The position numbers were made by a program, and so were the translations under genes. The notes beneath the pieces are model-generated. The model did not search any database. It was not told the DNA's origin and worked only from the letters and a program-made list of their open reading frames with translations. DNA of 63,426 nucleotides, the filler included, from Lenisia limosa (lineage: Eukaryota > Protista > Breviatea), in the NCBI GenBank assembly GCA_001655205.1. It is 13 parts of 13 records of this genome, joined end to end, with 100 filler letters (N's around TTAATTAATTAA, not from the genome) between each part and the next. Parts side by side here need not be neighbours in the genome. Positions count along the whole stretch, not along the records: positions 56,719 to 61,722 come from LPNZ01002151.1; positions 61,823 to 63,426 come from LPNZ01006553.1; 11 more parts are not named here. One strand, written 5' to 3'. Below, piece by piece: positions 56,767 to 63,426 of the stretch (positions are counted from its first letter, which is position 1; every line of letters starts with the position of its first letter).

Positions 56767-59700
56767 CCCAGAATAACCGCCCATTTGCCCGGCAGGACAA
56801 GTGCGGCAGTAGTGCGGTGACGATGATAAGGAGCGATAGGTGAAAGGGGGACACGCTTCGATGAAGCCTTCAATTGTTTTGAAATGACCAGCTCCAATCT
56901 GATATGGTCAGATATAAACAGACCAAATGAGATTTCTGAAATAAAATACAACTTTAAGTTGACCCGGTCAGATTGTACGTATGTATATTCTCCCCTTAGG
57001 TCAAACTACATTTATGCAATATTATTATATATTATATCTAAGGCTTCTGTACGTTCCCAAAAAAGACCGTATCCTGTAAAAATTTCTCGATAAATATCGA
57101 TGTTTTTTTGGGTCTTTTTTGAACCGTAGGGAAGCCCTAGGAATATCATATGAGGGAAATTGGAAATGTCGTACTTTTCGGAAAATTCGTCATATTTTTT
57201 CAAAACGATCATATTATATTATAAAACAAAGGAAATTGCGTTTCCTTGGGAATATGGCTAAACACGTACAGCCCCCCCCCCTACTTCAACACATTTTCCA
57301 AGGTCCCTGTTATATGCCTTTAGATAACCGCAATGACACGCCAGGTAGTCCTTTGATGATCGCAGCGGAATTGTGGAGTTCGTGGAGAAGTCCCAGCCCC
57401 GTCTGATACAGGTTGCATCTTGCGGATTCTGAGGACGTCACAGGNNNNNNNNNNNNNNNNNNNNNNNNNNNNNNNNNNNNNNNNNNNNNNNNNNNNNNNN
57501 NNNNNNNNNNNNNNNNNNNNNNNNNNNNNNNNNNNNNNNNNNNNNNNNNNNNNACATCCCATCACTCTAGCGCACGTAAAACGAAGGAAATTTCGATTAC
57601 GAATAAAAAAAAGGGGGGAGGGGTGAAAATCTGATGTTTGAAACCAAAAAAAAAGGGCCAAAATCAACTATACTCCCCTCCCCCTTACCATGCCCTCTTC
57701 ATCACAAATACCAAGACCATCACAACTGTGAAGAGCCCCGGATGTGTCAGCATAGTATCCCTTGAATGTTAACGGAGCTATGATGTCGTCCCGAAAAAAA
57801 AAAAAAATTCATTATGGATGGGGGGGGGGGGGNNNNNNNNNNNNNNNNNNNNNNNNNNNNNNNNNNNNNNNNNNNNNNNNNNNNNNNNNNNNNNNNNNNN
57901 NNNGGGTTGATAACAAAGATGGGTGATATTAGGATCTTATACAACAACTAGGGCTTCCCTACAATCCCAAAAAAATAAAACCTCGATAAATATCAATATT
58001 TGACCGGTATTTTTCTGAATGTAGGGCTTCATTTCGGGCGGAAAAGGCCGGGGGAATACTTTCAAGAAGCGTCAGTTGTAGCAAAAATTAACCTTTTATT
58101 TTGTTCTTTAAAAACACCAATTTTACCACTTTGTTTTTTTTTTAACTACAGACCATCCCCTTTTTAGATGAGCCGAAATATCGATAGTTTTCGGAGATTT
58201 TCGAAAACTTCAGTTTTTAGTTGAACCGAAGAGAAGCCCTGATGCAAATGATGAGTCAACAATTTCACCCAATAATAAATCTATGATGGGTTCCCATTAG
58301 TAAATAAATACAGCCTTCCTGTCCCAGCAAACAATAGGGCTTTTTTGAAGACAATCTGACCCCGCGAAGCTATCCGGGCAGATACAGTGGCTCTAAAACA
58401 AGTGATACAAACAGGTTATACCATGCTCTAAAACAGGTAATACTTTACTATAAATAGGATTTCCTTTGGTCCGAAATATATTGATAAAATATCGACAGAT
58501 TTCGAAGATTTATCGAGAACAAACCCGACAAAAGGCTCTTCATTCATAACAATACATATCAAATGAAAACATATAATGAGCGGGATAAGTCTTGACCGAT
58601 TTACTCTGTGAATTCCCCAAGAAAAATGATATACATATGATATATTACGTAACGTGTATATGCATATATAATAGATATGAAATATTAGTACATATTAATA
58701 GATATATGAAAACAGTCCCGTTGAAACAAAAAAAAACTTCATGCCAACCTGAGAATACGAACCGGTGGTGTAGGATGTAATGGAACCACCAGGACACTGC
58801 AGAATAAGGGGAGGGGGGGGGGGTGCAATTGGAAAATTTAGGAAACACAAAAAGACCAAAATCAACCTATTGGCTGACAAAACAAAAGAGTTGATACAAA
58901 GCGAGATAGTAATATAGCATAAGGGGATGCGAGGTTAGTAAAACCAAAATGTCTGTTCAGAAATATACATAGCAATGAGAAATTGAAAACAAGATTGCAT
59001 CTCGCCAAAGCCGGTAAAACATGATGGAAGTAAGGGTTCGGGAAAATATCAATAGCTTGCGAGGATTTATTGAGAAATTGAGTCTTTTCTCTAACCAAAG
59101 TGAAGCCCTAGACGGAAGAAAACAAATAACAACAAAAACCTGTTAGTAAAACAAACAACAACAAAAACACTGTTAGAAAAACAACCAACATGCCAACCTG
59201 TTGACAATAGTCTCGGCCACTGTAAGGTTGGTACGAGTTAAGAGGACAGGTGGTTTTGATGCCATTTGTGCACATGCTGCCCTCGTGACACTATATAGTA
59301 AGAGAGGGGACACTGTATAGTGGCCCAATGGAAAATAAATTCCTTTCAAAAACAAAAGGAAATCCCGTAACCTTCCCCCAAACATTTACTATAAACAACT
59401 TTACCCACCCGCCAAACACTAGAGACTACTCTCTGTCTCTAACATANNNNNNNNNNNNNNNNNNNNNNNNNNNNNNNNNNNNNNNNNNNNTAAGAGTTTT
59501 TACAAAGAAAAAAGAATTTCTATGTGATTTCCCAAGGAAAAAAGGTCAATACTTATCCCGGACACTATATATAATACCTCCCATCCCACGAAATCGCAGT
59601 TCGCTCCATACGTTCCAGGCGGGCACTTACTGAAATTGTGAGAAGAAAATTGGGCGCGGAGGCATGGTAATTTGTTTGTGGTATCCCAATGTATTTATTT

Positions 59701-60637
59701 GTTTCCCTAGATTTCGAATGTATTATTTCTCTTGTTTCAAAAAAAAAAAAAATTAACGTGAACAAACCTTTGGATACAACCCCCCTCCCCCGATGTCAAC
59801 TGTTAACAAGTTTATAAATTGTACTTGACCCCCCTGGTCCAACAATACAATACGGCGCATCGACTTGGAATTCTCATTATTTTCATGGGAATCCCATGTA
59901 TTTTTTATCGAAATCTGAAGACATTTCTCTGATTCCCAAATCTGCCTATGATATAGGTATCCCAAGTCAATGCGCCGTTGTGTGTGACTTCAATTCACCC
60001 AGTTAATTTATCAATTGCTTTGGAACTAAATAGCTGTGATAGTAATAAATGCCATTCATTTTGGAAATGGTCAAATTAATAAGTTGATCAATAGCAATGT
60101 TCGTCTATCCCCCTCACCAGTTTCCTATCACAGCAACTTCACTGGCATAAATAAGGGTGTTACCAGGGCATGGCACACACTCGCCGTTCGATTCGGCGCT
60201 GTGAATGTTAATATTATAATGAAGGGTCTTAAAACAGCATTAATTGGAGTTGTTACTTTGATATTATAGCGAAGGGTCTGAAGAATGCAACATCCAATGG
60301 GAAACCAAACGAAATTACCATAGCACATAATGGAGATGTCCAAACACCCCCAACATACTATATGGATAACATACAAAAACATCTTGATAAAATTAATGTA
60401 CAACATCTTGAGATATTTATAAAATAACAACTTGATATAAATCCCCAAAATACTATGGAATACATCTTGATGAAATATAAATCCCTAACATACTATGGAA
60501 AACATGAGAAGCAACTCCCCTTTGTTCCCATGGCTGTACTACGTCCGAATCCCTCGAGACACTTGGAGCAGACTCCGCCAACCTATAACGTAAATATACA
60601 CAGACACACACATACACACACACATACACACACACAT

Positions 60638-60668
<31 letters not shown>

Positions 60669-61685
60669 ATATATCATATGTATAAATATAGTATAGTATA
60701 TAATATATACATGTATAATACATGAGTGTGAAGTTTTGAAGTATGGTATTATTAGCACTCAGTGAACTTAATTTTTTGAAGAAAGTAATTGACAAAATTT
60801 GAAATGAAAGTCTGAAATAGAGTTCCCATGCGAATATTTTTCAATTACTTGCACGGAGCCCTGGCTATTATGATTGTTTTATAGTTTTTTTTTCTGTATA
60901 ACAATGATAGTATTGATGTTTAGTTGATAATAGTATAATATTAATTCACCAATTATTTGCCTTACAACTCTGTACACAGCTTTCTGTTTGCTCCCACAGC
61001 ATATTAATTCACCCAATCATTTGCCTTACAACTCTGTACACAGCTTTCTGCGTGCATCCCCAGCATACCATTTCATAGCCGTTATCGCAGTAACAGGCGT
61101 CAATTCCTTCATGAACCTCGGGATTTTGTTGCTAAGGGGGGGGGGGGTGGTAAAGTTGGAAGATTTAAGAAACAAAAAAGCCCAAAATCCTCAGTTGGCT
61201 GACAACACACAAAAACAAAACAAAAAAAGCCCCGGCCAGTCGCTTCTGACTTACTCCCTACAGTGGAATGCTCCGGACAAGGGGCGAGAGAGAAGTTGGA
61301 AGCATAGCGGTAGAAGCCTAAATCAGTTATACTGGATGCGTTTTAGAATGTCAGAAGCCTTAAACTCTCTATCCTTGTAAAATCCTTATGCGTTTTATCA
61401 TGAAAGAAGTCAAAAAACAAGTTAAACTGTTAAACTCCTTATGTGTTTTATAATCTAAAAACTTGGAAAATCTTTATGTACGTTATCATGTAAGAAACCT
61501 TAAATACGTTATACCAGTAACATCCTTATGTGTTTTATAATGTTTCTGCCTTTCAGTTCAATAAAACCTATGTGTAGTTCATATGTACTATATGTATTTA
61601 AGTTAGCCCAAACCGTCAGGAGGAGAGTAGCAGAAATCCGTGTCATATCGGTCGCGTATAAGACCCGCAGGGCAAGGCATGCAAT
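56767..61685 (-). CDS. Large Cys-rich surface protein with GCC2/GCC3 and EGF-like repeats (internal fragment)
   Basis: DCMPCPAG..; DACYCDNGYEM|VGGVCSKCLEGF; GECVPCPGN; KCPPGTYGANC; CHEGSMCTNGIKTTCPLNSYQPYSGRDYCQQ; CPGG; HCICPDSFAGSDC; KGYY..CDGLGICD; ACPPFTY..CRTCPAG. Confidence 0.75.
57039..57140. mobile_element. MITE family A variant (CTTCCCTACGGTTC ends)
   Basis: Right end TTTTTTGAACCGTAGGGAAGCCCTAG; a related left end is at 57949. Confidence 0.7.
59853..59977. mobile_element. MITE family G copy
   Basis: CGGCGCATCGACTTGGAAT...ATCCCAAGTCAATGCGCCG; second copy at about 62883-63000. Confidence 0.7.
60597..60672. repeat. (CA)n/(TA)n compound microsatellite in an intron
   Basis: Direct reading. 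Confidence 0.9.
60930..61068 (-). mobile_element. Family C 5' half, tandemly duplicated, starting at a donor
   Basis: GAAATG|GTATGCTGGGGATGCACGCAGAAAGCTG...; two consecutive copies of the segment of about 65 bp. Confidence 0.75.
61132..61254 (-). mobile_element. Family B repeat, most complete copy, filling nearly a whole intron
   Basis: Sense strand GTAAGTCAGAAGCGACTGGCCGGGGC...TTTTGGGCTTTTTTGTTTCTTAAATCTTCCAACTTTACCACCCCCCCCCCCCTTAG. Confidence 0.75.
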
Positions 61686-62097
61686 CTAGTGGTCCGCTTT
61701 TCTCCATGTTCAATGGACAAACNNNNNNNNNNNNNNNNNNNNNNNNNNNNNNNNNNNNNNNNNNNNTTAATTAATTAANNNNNNNNNNNNNNNNNNNNNN
61801 NNNNNNNNNNNNNNNNNNNNNNTCCTTGCGCTAAGGCTTACGTTCATAAGGAAGTTGGGGCAGATTCCACTAAGACATTAGCGGGAGAGAACTTAAAATG
61901 CAAAACGATGTTTATTGACAGGCGAATTAAGGATAACATATCATATAGTATACATAGCAGTGAGAAATAAAAAATAAGGTTGTATTTAGCCGAAGCGGTC
62001 CACATCAACACGCTTATAAGAGATATTGGATTAAAAAAATAATATAATATTAATTCACCCCATCATTTGCTGGTATACAATTATCATAAACACTCAC

Positions 62098-63410
62098 TGA
62101 GCCTTCCCCCGCGCACTTATTCAGCCGTATTTCTGGGGTCACACAGCCATCTGCAGTCTCGAGCTTCAGCTCGTCGGAAACAGCCTTGCCCCACTTCTCC
62201 TTGAAAGTTAATGTGGAAAAAGACGAACGGTGCATTTGAAGGGGGCAGAAAGAATGGATGGACAGGTGGGAAGAAAGGAAAAAGGTTATCGCAGCATACC
62301 TATCACCCCAACATTCTAATAAAATCTAGTATTCCATGCAACATAAATTGGCAGACTATTCTTGTTTGATACCTCATTGTATGCTTGGAACCCCCTCCCA
62401 AACCCCCCCCCCCAAAAAAAAAANNNNNNNNNNNNNNNNNNNNNNNNNNNNNNNNNNNNNNNNNNNNNNNNNNNNNNNNNNNNNNNNNNNNNNNNNNNNN
62501 NNNNNNNNNNNNNNNNNCGCTTGAGTCTCCTGCCACTGGCGACTCTGAACAATGTCAACGATCAATATTTTGTTGATGGTATCCCCGTTATTACCCCTCT
62601 GTGTTGGTTTATATCATGTCAAGTGTCTTTTCAATCATCAATATGTCTGATATGACTTTGATTTAATCTGATAGAGTTTGGCTTACGGAGGAGGAGAAGT
62701 GTCAGACAGGGGTGTAAAGGCTCTGGTAGAGGTAGTGGTACGTTTTCGGCTTCGTTTGGTAGTGGCGTCTGTGCGCACTTCTGAGCGCACTTCTGGGGGG
62801 GGGGTAAGGACGGTCCTCATCACTGTTCCAAAAAAGCTGGTTTTTTTACACTATCTTTGAGAAACATAGGAGAACAAGATGAACAGTGCATCAACTTGGA
62901 ATCCCATAAGTATCTTAAAATTCCCATAAAATTCATTGGGATTATCATGTAAAACAGGGGAATTCCCAAGTTTTCACAGGAATTCCAAGTCGATGTGCGT
63001 AGTGTAACAGTTATTCTCTGCAAACTTTCGCTTGTCCGCTTCTTGAAGAGTCGTGACGGCGGGGTCACTAAGTGGGTAATTTTACTCATTCATAAGGGAG
63101 ATCAGAACATTCAAAACCCATCATGATCAGAAACAACTAGGGCTAAAGTTCGGTTCGAAAAAACTCGGTTAAATGTCGATAGTTTTTGAGGATTTATCAA
63201 GAAATTCCGAAGTTAAGCCCTAGAAACAACAAAAGAATCGCGTTGGATTAGCCGCCGTACTTTCTCTCGCAGGCTTCTTTGCGACTCTTGACGATGACGA
63301 CGGCGACTCAGCCGGCGGCGTAGTCTCCTTCTCCTTCTCCTTCTCCAGCTTCCTCAACCTTCTTCGTTCCGACCGGTCCGGCTTTGGTTCAACTGGTTTC
63401 TTGACCCGGG
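62098..63410 (-). CDS. Low-complexity Lys/Glu/Ser/Pro-rich protein fragment, unknown
   Basis: Exons RVKKPVEPKPDRSERRRLRKLEKEKEKETTPPAESPSSSSRVAKKPARE; VRSEVRTDATTKRSRKRTTT..; EKWGKAVSDELKLETADGCVTPEIRLNKCAGEGS. Confidence 0.55.
63137..63223. mobile_element. MITE family A copy with CTAG at both ends
   Basis: CTAGGGCTAAAGTTCGGTTCGAAAAAA...CCGAAGTTAAGCCCTAG. Confidence 0.75.
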
Positions 63411-63426
63411 CTTGAGGGGGTGGTGT

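Noticed and set aside
6576-61822. TTAATTAATTAA as a biological motif
   Set aside because: It always sits in the centre of an exact 44N+12+44N block; it is an artificial all-frame-stop joiner.

Overview
This is intron-rich eukaryotic DNA in the standard genetic code, probably from an amoebozoan-type protist (inferred from gene content only). It is not one locus. Twelve identical 100-bp spacers (44 N + TTAATTAATTAA + 44 N) join 13 separate contigs, and many further N gaps sit next to G/C homopolymers. The supplied ORF track is mostly uninformative, so I rebuilt genes by hand from short GT-AG exons; all models are partial and some exons are hidden in gaps. Recognisable genes are ZNF622/REI1, EFL1, CACTIN and GTF3C3 (3' part), plus an RA-domain protein. 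There are also many surface or secreted proteins: a PSI+TM+NPxY integrin-beta/Sib-like protein, an FG-GAP protein, GCC2/GCC3 Cys-rich proteins, fibrinogen-like and H-type lectin proteins, and a beta-helix protein. An intron-containing pogo/DDE_1 transposase sits beside a second ORF paralogous to what is probably its C-terminus, with a candidate terminal repeat next to both. The most striking signal is in the introns. Two non-palindromic repeat families (B and C) lie almost always in the host gene's sense orientation and often abut or supply the 3' (B, C) or 5' (C) splice site. Many introns start with a G-run and end with a C-run. Four hairpin MITE families (A, D, E, G) are inserted in both orientations. 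Repeat counts are from manual reading and are approximate.
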